Shown one piece after another: positions 43,511-59,965 of a stretch of DNA of 64,000 nucleotides. The number at the start of each line of letters is the position of its first letter. Within the stretch, counting starts at the first letter, position 1. The notes under the pieces are model-generated. The model worked only from the letters and a program-made list of their open reading frames with translations, was not told the origin of the DNA and made no database searches. Location of the stretch: the NCBI RefSeq assembly GCF_009914755.1, contig NC_060933.1. One strand, written 5' to 3'. The position numbers were made by a program, and so were the translations under genes. The DNA is from the human T2T-CHM13v2.0 reference genome, Homo sapiens.

Positions 43511-45505
43511 GTCTTCCAAGAAGGAATGTTACATTTACTTTTCACATTTTATTATGTAGACTGTTAATTGCATATATAAAAGTCCAGTGACCATGAAGCA
43601 TTCTAGGTGCATTTTGACTTTGAGAGTTATTGCTGTATTCAAATGGTTGTTTTCTAATGACTTGGTAACATGAAAGACAATTGTATTCACTCTAGAAATA
43701 ATGCATTTCCTTACAAAATTATATTTTATTTACATGTCATTAACACTTTCAGTATATTTTACTTTATTGAAAAGACACAGCCTCAACAAGTCATAAATGA
43801 CAAGAGGAAGCTGACTTTACAGATGAGAAATGAAACGTGAAATAAGAATAGAACAAGGAAAGGAGAGAAACACTTTGATTTGGAACAAATGCATATTTTT
43901 AATTATCCATTAAAATTATATGATATAGACCTATTTTGGCATAAATCTGTATTGCAACAAAAGACCTTTGATGTGACTAAGTGCGTGGTTATTTCTATAT
44001 TTAATTGTGTTTTTTCTTCTATCCTTAAATTGAAGAGACTTACTGCCCCACTTTATGGGGCATTTAAAAACCGCTTCAGTTAGCACTTCCCCTCATTGAA
44101 TTGTTTGGGATTGAGTAATTAAAATGTCTTCAATATATGGGATCTGTAAATGGTAATAGCCACATGGCATCCACTAGAGTAGTTCTATTATGGGTAATCC
44201 ACTTGAAGTAATTTCTGAAGACAAGTGTCTTACTCACAGGTATGGAACTCTCACCACCTACCTGGGCAGCTTTTCTATAATTTACTTTTATGGCTTTCAG
44301 TTTCAATTGGATTTTATAGGCTTAATGGCTTGGGAAATGATTATGGGCAACAATAACTCAGAATTGACCTTTTCAGAGTTACCTGCTTTTTCATTGGTTT
44401 AGCTAACAATGCCGCTAATTGAATTTTTCAGCAACAAAAATATGTGCAATAACAGCTGCTGACTTAGATTTTATAATTATTGTTATTACACTAAATAAAT
44501 ATTTAAGTAGTTAAGAAAATCATGGCAGTAAGACAAGATTATCCACAATAGCACAAAGTCAATGTGTCTATGTGAAAATAATTTACACTCAAATTACTCA
44601 TGCCTCGTTTGAAAGAAACCCTTTGGGAACAATTAAAGGTGAAGTTGCAATCAACTGACAATTGAGCTCTGAGGCTGTATAGGACATAGTAGAAATATAA
44701 AGGCAGTTAGTATTTTATAGGATACTGAAGAAGTAGGAGTCAATCCCAGCCTCAACTTTAAAATGGGGATCACTGTGAGATTTAAATTGTGTACTTACTT
44801 GCAAAGCCTTTAACACAAAGCCAGGTAATTCTGATATATTACTAAAAGAAAAAGAACGAGAAGGAAGAGGAGTAGCAGAAAGAAGAGAAAGAGGTGGGGG
44901 AACCACAATAGCAGCCAGCAGCTGCCACCATTATCATAGTATCTTAAGAAATTTATTTCTCCTCTGGTAGGATCTAGAAACTAAGCAAGTTTTATAATGT
45001 AAGATACTACAAGGTCATTTTGAAACATTTCATTTCAGGATCACATTGAGAAGTACTGCTCTCCTGATCTTAAGACTTTGTACCATGTGTCCCATAAACC
45101 TCTCTCTCTAATTACCAGTTGACTGACACCACACTCTGTCTACAAGACAATATACTTGAATCGACTTCTCCTGAGGCAGGTACCAGGCTACAACCACCTT
45201 CAATGACTCCTATTGGTCTTTGTCCCTCAGAACCTGGAAATATACTGGCTATCAATCTGAATTAAATCATATGTGGTTGGTAAAGGTCTAATGTGATCTC
45301 CCTAAATATGTATACAATTTTGGGAGGTTTGTATATGTACATTTGTTATTTCTTCTTTTCGGCAAGTATTAGAAAAATGCTTGTTTTTAAAAATTTGCTA
45401 ATGACATTGTTTTCTTTTAAAATACACTTGTTTATAGTAACCCATTTACAGTAGTGAGTTATAACTATTTGAATAAAGTAGCCATCCGTGTGTCCAGGGA
45501 AATGA

Positions 45506-45523
45506 GATAGATGATAGAAAGAT

Positions 45524-45562
<39 letters not shown>

Positions 45563-45578
45563 GTAGACAGATAGATAG
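45506..45578. repeat. (GATA)n tetranucleotide STR
   Basis: About 9 perfect units plus imperfect flanks. Confidence 0.95.
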
Positions 45579-45843
45579 GGAAATTCTTTCTTATTTCAGT
45601 ATGCCAAGAAATATAGATAAAATGATGGTGTCTGTAAATCATCAAAGAAAGCTAAAACTGTGGGTGAAAGTTAGAGAAAGAACAGAATAGTCTCAAAGCA
45701 TGTCTCTATAGGGTACTTATTAATTATTAAAGGAAAATTGCAATTTTAAAGTGGAGAAATGTGGAGATTGTTTCCAGGTTTGTCTGTTTATTTCTAGTGA
45801 AAATGCTACTAGAAATACTACTGAAAATGCCTCCTGTGGGTTG

Positions 45844-47020
<1,177 letters not shown>

Positions 47021-47638
47021 TGTAAAATTGTAACCAACACTCAAATGAAGATTAAAAACATTTGAATACCCTCACTTAAAACAACACTCAAATGAAGTCC
47101 CAGAACAGCAGGGGTCCCCAGAGATCTCCCCCATGGTACATTCTAGGACTTAGCTTCTACCCAAGTGGAGTTATTATTTTTAGTTTTAACAGCATAAGTT
47201 AGTTTTATTTATTGTATTTTTCTGACTCTTTACTTTTGATTAGTAATTTCATTACTAGATTATTAGGTTATGAAATCCCCTCTCATACACAAATACACAA
47301 AAATAAAGAACCAGGATCTGATGAGAAAGAGGAAGAATGTGAGGGAGGGAGGGGAAGAGGAGGAGAGAGAGAGAAGGAGTAGGAGGAAGGGGAGGAAGAC
47401 AAAAGAAAAGGAAAGGAAAAAAAAATCTTGGAATTTAGAGGTTTTGATTGGGATTTTTCCCTTTCTATCTCTTTTATATATTCCAATAAATCAGAAGCAA
47501 TAAGCCGTCAGATACAGGCAGACTTTCTCAGTGTATCTGTCAGTTTCAGAGCTTTCTTAAGTGTCTAGATCTGTGTCCCCTTATAAATTTCATGTTTATC
47601 GTGTGATACAAATAGCAGATAAAATTTTTATTTTTTAA

Positions 47639-49105
<1,467 letters not shown>

Positions 49106-49443
49106 TTATAGTGCTTTCTTAGTGGCATTGTGAGTTAATTCATATACAGGTTAATGTATATAAACGGTTTATTACAATGTTTGGCACAATAATTTTACTC
49201 TTGTTTTATATAACTCAGTTTCAGATGTTGAAGAAAGACGGAAGTTATTAATAACCTTACTTTTGTGATTTGAAGAAGTTAAATATTTATTATTAATAAG
49301 AATACTATCTTCTATTTTGAAACAGGAACCATTTTATAACCAAACAGTATTTTTAAAAGTTACTATTTTATTTGGACATTGTTTTCTCTGTGCTTAAAAT
49401 GAACCAACAATTTGGCACCGCACAATACTATCCCCTAGCTTAG

Positions 49444-49777
<334 letters not shown>

Positions 49778-49959
49778 TGACTGGAAAATCCTATAATTCT
49801 CATCATCCCTGCCCACTTATGAATCCCTTGCTTCATCTGAAAACTCTTACTCATCCTCTGTACGGCAAACATTACCTTCTCTGTGAAGATTTGCTAGACT
49901 TATACACACCAGTATGGTTGTTCTAAACTCTGTAAAAACACAATTGTGTAGATCACTTA

Positions 49960-50408
49960 CGTTAAACATTTCTGGTTGCTCATCAACAGCCAACCGACTC
50001 CCACATACATACACTTGCATTCCCTTCTAATAGATCTGCCTTCCATCATAGAATATGAAAATGTGAGATGCTTGATCTTGTAATGCTGCTTTCAAATGTG
50101 GTCAGTGGCACTTAAGAGAGCCTGCCTGTACATTTCTGTAGAAGGTGTTCAGGCATGAGAAAATCAAAGCCTTTGAAGCAGTCATCTTGCAGTCACCTTG
50201 TGACTGTGGGTAAATAAACCCAAGAACGGAAATCCGAGGAAAGCAGAGTTACATACAATTAGGACTTTTCCTGAATCCTCCATGACATGTGTGTCACAGG
50301 AATAACCAAACCTGGAAATTTGAACTTTCTTCCTTGTTATGTTCGATGATAAACCCCTCTAACATAAGGCAGTTTGGGTCTCATATCTGTTACTTATTTC
50401 TGATACAC
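49960..50408 (+). mobile_element. Old MLT1-like LTR within an L2 relic
   Basis: gcagtcatcttgcagtcacc...ataaacccctct...tctgttactta...gataca; L2 tail aatgtttgttgaatgaa at ~50462. Confidence 0.45.
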
Positions 50409-50537
50409 TGCTCTCATACATACCTTTCTAATTTATTGGCACACACAGTGAGCAATGAATAAATGTTTGTTGAATGAAAGCAACAGAGAATCACTTTCCC
50501 TTTCATATTCAGGTGCTACCCCACAAGATTATTAGTA

Positions 50538-50587
50538 TTAGGTTGATGCAAAAGTAATCACGGTTTTTGCCATTGAAAGTAATGGCA
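50538..50587. mobile_element. Truncated MADE1 (Hsmar1 MITE)
   Basis: ttaggttgatgcaaaagtaatcacggtttttgccattgaaagtaatggca = left TIR, spacer and 7 nt of the right TIR. Confidence 0.85.
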
Positions 50588-52669
50588 TTACATTTCAGCA
50601 AGTAACTGGAAAGAAAATAAGGCCAAAAGGCACTTGTAGTGCACAGAATAAAAAACAAACTACACAATTTTTACACAGTGAGTATTTCATTCTAAACTAT
50701 AGGAAAAAAATCATTAAATTAATTTATTGTGGTTTATGTAGATTGCGTAGCAGTTAAGATTTACATTGACTAAGTTTTATTTTAGCCACTAGAATGAATA
50801 AAATGCTATAAAGGGGAGCCAAAATGCTGAATTCCCATTTTAAAAATGATTTCTTCCATTAATTGTTTTCCTGTTCTCAATAATTCAACATTATAGAGCA
50901 GATAGCCCATTGAATTATATGGTTGTAATTAGGTTGTTCCTTTAGCATGTTTTATGCCTCAGTATTTTTATGCTTCCAGAAACATCTTATACTGGCTTTA
51001 TATAAAGCTGTCTTTAAATGGAATTGTATTTTGCCTCAGAAAATATTGTACTAGACGCATATATTCTTTGTCCAACTGTTAAAATTAAAATAATATTTTA
51101 CCTATTTTTATATGTATACTACAAATTCTCAAATGAAAGGAAGATTTTTGACACATTGATTATAAGCAAAACTTATTTAGATTTCTGTAAATCATTAAAT
51201 ATGTTTCTATGTACACGTGTGTATATACATAAATGTATCACTGTTACGACTAATCAAATTAGAATTAATCATTTTAAGTGTATAACCAATCATTATAAAT
51301 TAACAGACAACAATTTATCTTCAAACTTTTCTAATAATGGAGAATTCAGGGCTTCCATTGGGAAAGGAACCTGGGCCTCTCCAGCCATGCCACAGACATG
51401 TATGCCTGAATAATGGGGTATTATAAACTGAAAAGCAAGGACTCCTGTCCGTCCTTTTGTGAAAACAAAATTCAATTCTGCACATAATTTCTTCCACGTA
51501 CTTGAGAAAGTAAAGTTCTACATCTTTTCTGTATATAAAGTTAACTTCTGTGTTTGTACCATCAAATATTTCACAAATCTTTATATTCACTTGTTTTTTT
51601 CTTTTATTTTCTTCACATGATCATGATCTCTCATGCATTTTATTTGCCAGAACTTACATGGAACTATTTTTTTTTTTTCTAATAAAGTGTGAGAGTTACT
51701 ACAGAATTATGGGAAATTTTACTTTCTTATTAGCCTCAGCCATTCAATTATATATTGAATTGCAATTTAGGGCCTAAGTACAAATGCTACAGAAGTGTTA
51801 AGTCCAAAAAAAAAAGCTTTGGGAAAAAAAACTTCATTTAATAAAGGTTTAATAAAGGTTAACTTTCTTCACATTCATGATAGACATAGCAGTGTTTCTT
51901 CTCAAAAATGCTTCTTTGTTCTTATGCTTCAAAATGACTTCAGTGGTTTACAATATAATGATTATGAATTACTTCAAGTACATATTTTTCACAATGACAG
52001 CTTTAATTGATATGCTCTAATTATTTTGGTTTAAATTAAATAGCTTATTATTTCCAATCATGAGTACTTTCTATATTTTTATATTAACACTAGATATATT
52101 TTCAATCATTTTTAGATATATTTCCAAATGTCATGTGAAAGTAATATTTGCTTTGTCAGTGTCATAAGATGTATTTTTAATGTGGGATAACAAATGTTTC
52201 AGTAATGTATAATTTAATTATGATAAGCATTTTTATCCTTGTTGGTTACAGTATTAGTATTTTATTTAAGTAATGAATTTAATTTATTCTAAAGTAAGTT
52301 TATGCACTATTACCTAAATAGAGACTTATAAATTCTAGCTGCTTCTGAACCAGGAAGGCAATTTTCTCCTGAAAGGAATTTTTATTTGTTGTTTATTTTG
52401 TTTTATTGCTCAGTGTGAATGCCTGGTGTCTTGAGAAAATGGAACCCCTTATTATATAAGTCTTTTGTGACAGACTCAACACTTTTATAGTAATTGTATA
52501 ATTAACTTTCATAATGTGATACTTTAAGGAAAAATATGACATGCTGTGTTATATTCAGCACTGTAGTCATGTCCTAATTCACTAGTCTCAAGTGTTTCAT
52601 TTCTGAACTCCTTACACATTTCCAATTTTGTCCAAATCCTTCAAGAAATTTAGAAATTTTATGATTCTT

Positions 52670-53391
52670 TTTTTTAAATTTTATTATTATTATACTTTAA
52701 GTTTTAGGGTACATGTGCACAACGTGCAGGTTTGTTACATACGTATACATGTGCCATGTTGGTGTGCTGCACACATTAACTCGTCATTTAGCATTAGGTA
52801 TATCTCCTAATGCTATCCCTCCCCCCTCCCCCCACCCCACAACAGGCCCCAGTGTGTGATGTTCCCCTTCATGTGTCCATGTGTTCTCATTGTTCAATTC
52901 CCACCTATGAGTGAGAACATGCGGTGTTTGGTTTTCTGTCCGTGCGATAGTTTGCTGAGAATGGTGGTTTCCAGCTTCATCCATGTCCCTACAAAGGACA
53001 TGAACTCATCATTTTTTATGGATGCATAGTATTCCATGGTGTATATGTGCCACATTTTCTTAATCCAGTCTATCATTGTTGGACATTTGGGTTGGTTCCA
53101 AGTCTTTGCTATTGTGAATAGTGCCGCAATAAACATACGTGTGCATGTGTCTTTATAGCAGCATGATTTACAATCCTTTGGGTATATACCCAGTAATGGG
53201 ATGGCTAGGTCAAATGGTATTTCTAGTTCTAGATCCCTGAGGAATCGCCACACTGACTTCCACAATGGTTGAACTACTTTACAGTCCCACCAACAGTGTA
53301 AAAGTGTTCCTATTTCTCCACATCCTCTCCAGCATCTGTTGTTTCCTGACATTTTAATGATCGCCATTCTAACTGGTGCGAGATGGTATCT
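52670..53391 (-). mobile_element. 5'-truncated L1PA (about L1PA3)
   Basis: ORF2 C-terminus in ORF 52894-53532; 3' UTR diagnostics tgctaaatgacgag and ccctaaaac; ~70-bp flanking duplication. Confidence 0.96.
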
Positions 53392-56042
53392 GAACTGCTT
53401 ACACATTTCCAATGTCCAATTTTGTCCAAATCCTTCAAGAAATTTAGAAATTTTATGATTCTTAAGCAATTTTGCCTGAGAATGATAATTATAAAAATAT
53501 GTGTAGATGTACATAACCATAATACAAACCATTAGACAGCCAGATTTAAGCTGGTTTTACCAGATTTTGCCAACTTTCATCATAGGAGAATTCACATTTC
53601 TTTCAGACTCTCTTGGTACATATAAAAGAGATTTAGAATGGGTGTTTGGCTGAGCACATTTCAAATACGATGCAAATTTTAGAGAAATCTGAGAAACTTT
53701 TTAAAAAATTAGATAACCTTTAAATCCCTCACCCACTTTTAGAAAATAAGAAATTGGATGATATTTGAAGACGATTTCCTTGGAGAGAGCTGTGCCGCCT
53801 CCACTGACTTTAAAGAAATTTGAGGTGTAACCTATTCATCCCAAGTCAAGATTGAAAGACTCTGAGGAAACCATGTGGATGATTAAATAAACACCTGTGC
53901 TACAGTTCACGGAACATTTCAACCTCACCACTTGAGAAATATAAAGGGTAAGAAAAGATCCTAACCAAAGGAAGACCAGGCAGGCATGAACAGATCTCAA
54001 GAAAGAGAAACTAGAGATTAACTCAGGATACTTCAAGGCTAAGGAAGGGTTAAGCAATGGATCTCAGTAGAGTTCACCACTTGCATAACCAGTGCTGCTC
54101 TAATATGTCTCTTGCAATTGATGGTGTTTCTGGAGAAACCACAAATGTACTGATGAGAAAGTGCCAGCTTTAAATAACGACCAGTCCAAGCCAATGCCAG
54201 TTAACTAAAAATTTGAGTGCTCCTCATACAGTTCTTTCACCATGTCCCAAAGCCAAACATTCTAAAACTGCCTTTGGCTAGCTGGAGGAGGAGAAATAGT
54301 ACAAAGATTGAACAAGGAGATGGAAAGAAGCTGATGACTCCATCTTTCTTAGACTACTAGCCTACAAATGGCACAAACTTGGCAGAGAAGAGAAGTCTCA
54401 ACATTAAATAACCATGGGACTGGAAATAAACTGACATTGTTTAAAAGATCTGAAATGATTGTGAACATATTTTTTAGCATCTAAAAATTACTAGAAAAGT
54501 CAAGTTGCCTGCCTAAGTTTCTCAAGAGTCATGGAAATAACTGTTTTAATAGAGTGAAACAAAAAAGACAACGATGGACAAAAAATCATTTTTGTTTATC
54601 TTAGCCCATAATCTGTGCTCATCCTTTGGAGCAGTCACAGTACAGTTACAATAATACACCTGCCATCACAAGGGGGCATTGTTTTCTCAATAGAGGAGCA
54701 CTGTCAGTAATTGTAAACAGCAAAATCTGAACCTCCCCACAATTTCAGTGTAGTTTTCACAATAGACAATATTATGTATCATGACTTTGACACAACCATC
54801 ACGGTGGGGACTGGATTCCATGTATGTTATACATTTACAAGAATTATTTCCTCAGAAAAAGGAAGTTGCGGTCTCACAAGCAAGTAAGACACTTGGTTTA
54901 GTGAGTGTCTTTCAAAAAAAAAAAAAAGACGTGAGAAGGATATAAAATTGCAACACACCACTAAACCTGCAGTGCTTCTCAGGTGACAGAGAAATAGCTC
55001 CAATCGATTTTAACATCCCATTAAAGGCAGCCAGCAAACCAGAGAATGTATTGTCTGCAATAATAAAGCATTTCTCTAGAGACTTGGCCTTGGTAAAATA
55101 AATAAAAAGGGGCAATTCTTTCTATTAATTCAGTTCACTCTGGCCATTGATAGGAATTAGAGTCAGATTCCTGAAAATCTTACACTTGGGGGGAAATGTC
55201 TGCTATAAATAAATAGAAAGTGAAATACAATGTGAATGAATATATTATATCATATATCTGTAGGTAACCAAAATTTCTTCTTCCAGTAATTAAAATATAT
55301 GTTTAGTGAATAAATGGGAACTTTTCATCATGTTGTTAAAAATAGTTGTTTGAGATAAAAGCACAGGCAATAAAGCTGGGGGGAAAAGAGGTAGACAGAA
55401 TTTGACCTTTTCCAAGCTGTCAGGGAAACAAAGATTCCCTAGTTCACAAACATGGCCCACTATCATGGAGAGATACATAGGTACCTCCTTCCAACAGTAT
55501 TTTGGGTCTGCTAAGTTTCTGTACAAAAGTGCCAAAACATGATTAATATTTGGTCAAGTGTAAGCATGTCATGTGTATTATAAAATATAACAGGATAAGA
55601 GAAGAATATACATGTTCAGTCAATATATGTGGAAGCATTTGTTATAATAATATATGGCACATAAGGTTATTCTCCTTGATACTGCCTATTGAAAAATTTT
55701 GAGCATTGAACTTGTCATGGTTATGGCAAAAAATACATTTTTTCTAAAAATATTTACATAAAAATATATGCACATATATGTAATAGAAACTACTAAAGTA
55801 TTAATGAAATAAAATCATACAGATTGAAGTTTCCAGTAAAAGGCATTGAACTAAATGGTAAAATATAACAGCATTACCTCTTACTTTGATATGAATTGCC
55901 TTTTTCTCCTTTAGATGAGGGTGATTATTTTGTTTTTCCTAATGGATTTTGTTTCCACTGATGAATTTTAAACATGGCTTAAAAGTATATTGGATTAAGT
56001 TTTTATTATTCCTGTAATATCTCCCACCTGTCCATTGATGGG

Positions 56043-58252
56043 TCATATGGTTTGACTTTGTCCCCATGCAAATCTCATGTTGAATTCCCATGTGTTGTGG
56101 GAGGGACCTGGTGGGAGGTAAATGAATCATGAGGGCGGGTCTTTCTTGTGCTGTTCTTATGATTGTGATAAGTCTCACAAGATCTGATGTTTTTTAAAAA
56201 ATGAAGTTTCCCTTCACAAGCTCTCTTCTCTTATCTGCTGCCATGTGAGACATGCGTTTCACCTTCTGCCATGATCGTGAGGCCTCCCCAGCCATGTGGA
56301 ACTGTAAGTCTATTAAACCTTTTTCTTTTGTAAATTGCTCAGTCTTGGGGATCTCTTTATCACCAGTGTGAAAATGGACTAATAGAGTAAATTGGTACCA
56401 GTAGAGTGGAGCGCTGCTGAAAAGATACCCAAAAATGTGGAACTGACTTCAGAACTGTGTAACAGGCAGAGGTTGCAACAGTTTGGAGGGCTCAGAAGAA
56501 GACAAGAAAATGTAGGAAAGTTTGGAACTCCCTAGAGACTTGTTGCATGGCTTTGACCAAAATGCTGATAATGATATGGATAATGAAATCCAGACTGAGG
56601 TGGTCTCAGATGGAGATGAGGGACTTGTTGGGAACTGGAGCAAAGGTGACTTTTGCTATTTCTTACCAAAGAGACTGGCAGCATTTTGTCCATGCCCTAG
56701 ATATTTGTGGAACTTTGAACTTGAGGGGGATGATTTAGGCTATCTGGCGGAAGAAATTTCTAAGCAGTAAAGCATTCAAGAGGTGACTTGGGTGCTGTTA
56801 AAGGCATTCAGTTTTATAAGGAAAGCAAAGCATAAAAGAAAATCCCATTTTCGAGGAGAAATTCAAGTCGGCTGCAGACATTTGCATAAGTAATGAGGAT
56901 TCAAATTCTAATCACCAAGACAATGAGGAAAATGTCTCCAGGGCATGTCAGAGGTCTTCACAGCAACTCCTGCCATCACAGGCCCAGAAGCCTAGGAGAT
57001 GGCAGGGTGGGGCCCAGGGTCCCTGGGCTGTGTGCCGCCTAGGGACTTGGTGCCCTGTGTCCCAGCTGCTCCAGTTGTGGCTGAAAGGGGCCAACATAGA
57101 GCTCAGGCCATGGCTTCAGAGGGTGCAAGGCCCAAGTCTTGGCAGCTTCCATGTGGTGTTGAGCCTGTGACTACACAGAAGTCAAGAACTGGAGTTTGGG
57201 AACCTCTGCCTAGATTTCAGAGGATGTACAGAAATACCTGGATGTCCAGAAAGAAGTTTGCTGCAGGGGTGGGGTGCTCATGGAGAACCTCTGCTAGGGC
57301 AGTGTGGAAGGGAAATGTGGGGTTGGAGCCCCCATACAGAGTCCCCACTGGGGCGCTGTCTAGTGGAGCTGTGAGAAGAGAGCCACCATCCTCCAGACCC
57401 CAGAATGGTAGATCCACTGACACTTTATACTGTGCACTTGGAAAAGCCACAGACACTCAATGGCAGCTTGTGAAAGCAGCTGGGAGGGAGGCTATACCCT
57501 GCAAAGCCACAGGGGCAGCCATGGGAACCCATCTTTTCCATCAGCATGACCAGGATGTGAGACATGGAGTCAAAGGAGATCATTTTGGAGCTTTAAGATT
57601 TGACTGCCCTGCTGGATTTTGGATTTGCATGGGGCCTGTAGCCCCTTTGTTTTGGTCAATGTCTCCCATTTGGAACGGCTGTATTTCCCCAGTGCCTGTA
57701 TCCCTATTGTACCTAGGAAGTAACTAATTTGCTTTTGATTTTACAGGCTCATAGGCAGAAGGAACTTGCCTTGTCTCAGATGAGACTTTGGACTGTGGAG
57801 TTTTGAGTTAATGCTGAAATGAGTTAAGACTTCGAGGGTCTGTTAGGAAGACATGATTGGTTTTGAAATATGAGAACATAAGATTTGGGAGGGGCCAGGG
57901 ACAGAAAGATGTGGTTTGGCTGTGTCCCCACTCAAATTTCATCTTGAATTTCCATGTGTTGTGGGAGGGACCAGGTGGGAGGTAATTAATCATGGGGGCG
58001 GGTCTTTTCTGTGCTGTTCTCCTGATAGTAAATAAGTCTCATAAGATCTGATGGTTTTTGAAAGAGTGGGATTTCACTGAAAAAGCTTTCTTCTCCTGTC
58101 TGCCACCATATAAGATGTGCCTTTCACCTTCCGCCATGATTGTGAGGCCTCCCCAGACATGTGGCACTGTAAGTCTCTGAAACCGCTTTCTTTTGTAAAT
58201 TGCCACAGTCACAGGTATGTCTTTATCAGCAGCATGAAAATGGACTAACACA
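56043..58252 (+). mobile_element. Complete THE1 (THE1B-like) MaLR: LTR 56043-56386, internal 56387-57906, LTR 57907-58252
   Basis: Two homologous THE1 LTRs; internal starts gtaaattggtaccagtagagtgg; TSD atggg/gtggg. Confidence 0.93.
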
Positions 58253-58257
58253 GTGGG

Positions 58258-58690
58258 TTTGACAAGGTTTTTCGAGTTAAATGATAAGATAGGTGAGAAG
58301 GTGAGAAAGGAGTCAAATATATTTCTAGGTTTCTTTTGGGGAAACTGGGTAGATACCCTTTAATTCACAGAAATGAGAAAACAAAAGAAAAGGTGTTTGT
58401 GATAATATGAATTCAATTTTCACATATTTTAAGGTAAGCAGCTAATGTGCTATCGAATAGATATGTTGATTTGTTTCTCAGAAATAAGGCCTTAGGAGTA
58501 CCTGTTGGTTTGAGTATCACGAGATAGAAATGACCCTTGAAGCTACAAGAGTAGATGAGTTCTATCATGAAAGCTATAGACTGAAAAGAGAAGAAACATG
58601 AGTGACTAGACTAATGTTAACTCCTAGGAGGGATACCTGGGAGAAGGAAAGGCTCAGGGAAATAAGAAGGGTCAAATATATGAGGGGCCT
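58258..58690 (-). mobile_element. L2 relic
   Basis: aaggagtcaaatatatttctaggtttc...ttgaagctacaagagtagatgag. Confidence 0.55.
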
Positions 58691-59294
58691 GGTGATGGGT
58701 GAGAAAAAGACTGGATTCCACGTGGAGAATCTATCCCATAGAAAAATTCCAGTTGAGAAAATCTTGGTTTTGATCAATGGTATCCTGTGTCCTGAACACT
58801 GCCCATGGATTATTTAGTGAAGATACAAACCAGGTAATTTGTCATACTCCCATCCCGCTTCATCTTCACCTTCGGACTCTATGGTTTGTCATTTTATTCA
58901 CAAGCAACCTTGAACTTTGAGTACAAAGCTGCTTAAATCTTCATTGTGTTCTGGGAAAGTAGCAAACCAACTTTTCCCTATTTAAGTGTTTGGTAGATAG
59001 TAGATAACACAGATACCTTTGTGAAGTGAATGACTACTCAGAAAAAACCCAATGCAAAATGAAAGAGCAAAATTGATTAATCTATCTGTGCTTGTCTTTC
59101 TGTAGAGGAAAAATATGGACAAATTCCAGGGTCCAAGTATAGATACTGTAGCGCCAGGTAGTAATTTTCTTTTAAGACAAGCTAATAATATGCACTATGA
59201 CTTGGTTAGGCAGAAATTGATCCCTAAAATATAGCTGAATTTAAGTGAATTATCTAACAGCTGGGTGACCTGTGAAAAACGCCATAATCAATAC

Positions 59295-59671
59295 TTTACT
59301 GGTTAATACTGTTAACTCGATTGGATTGAAGGATGCAAGTATTGATCCTGGGTGTGTCTGTATGGGTGTTGCCAAAGGAGATTAACATTTGAGTCAGTGG
59401 GCTGGGGAAGGCAGACCCACCCTTAATCTGGCAGGCACCATCTAAGTAGCTGCCAGTGAATATAAAGCAGGCAGAAAAATGTGAAAAGGCGAGACTGTCC
59501 CAGCCTCCCAGCCTACATCTTTCTCCAGTGCTGGATGCTTCCTGCCCTGGAACATCGGATGCCAGGTTCTTCAGTTGTGAGACTCGGACTGGCTCTCCTC
59601 CTCCTCAAGCTTGCAGACAGCATATTGTGGGACCTTGTGATCATGTACATTAATAATACTTAAAAAACTCC

Positions 59672-59712
<41 letters not shown>

Positions 59713-59755
59713 TACACACACACACACATATCCTATTAGTTCTGTCCCTACTACA
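59295..59755 (+). mobile_element. MLT2A (HERV-L) solo LTR containing (TA)n(CA)n
   Basis: ggttaatactg..gattggattgaaggatgcaa..ccaaaggagattaacatttgagtcagtgg; 5-bp TSD aatac (59290-59294, 59756-59760). Confidence 0.9.
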
Positions 59756-59760
59756 AATAC

Positions 59761-59965
59761 GTCTTTAAGGATTCACAGAGTTGTGCCAGCAGAGCCTATT
59801 TTTTTTATGGAGTTTACTAGATTCGTAGATCAAAGGAATGATGTAGACACAATGTATCTGTATTTCAGAAAGGTATGCATATTTTTTGAAGACAAGAGAT
59901 GGTGAATTGGCCCCTGGATAACAGAAAATTTAAAAGGATTTTGAATTGGTTCAGCAGTATTAGGT
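59761..59965 (+). mobile_element. CR1/L3 RT fragment (host of the MLT2A; likely also ~59200-59294)
   Basis: FTRFVDQRNDVDTMYLYFRK resembles the CR1 RT motif VDxGxxVDxIYLDFSK. Confidence 0.65.

Noticed and set aside
50538-50587. Possible miR-548-type hairpin
   Set aside because: Most of the right MADE1 arm is missing, so a pre-miRNA stem cannot form
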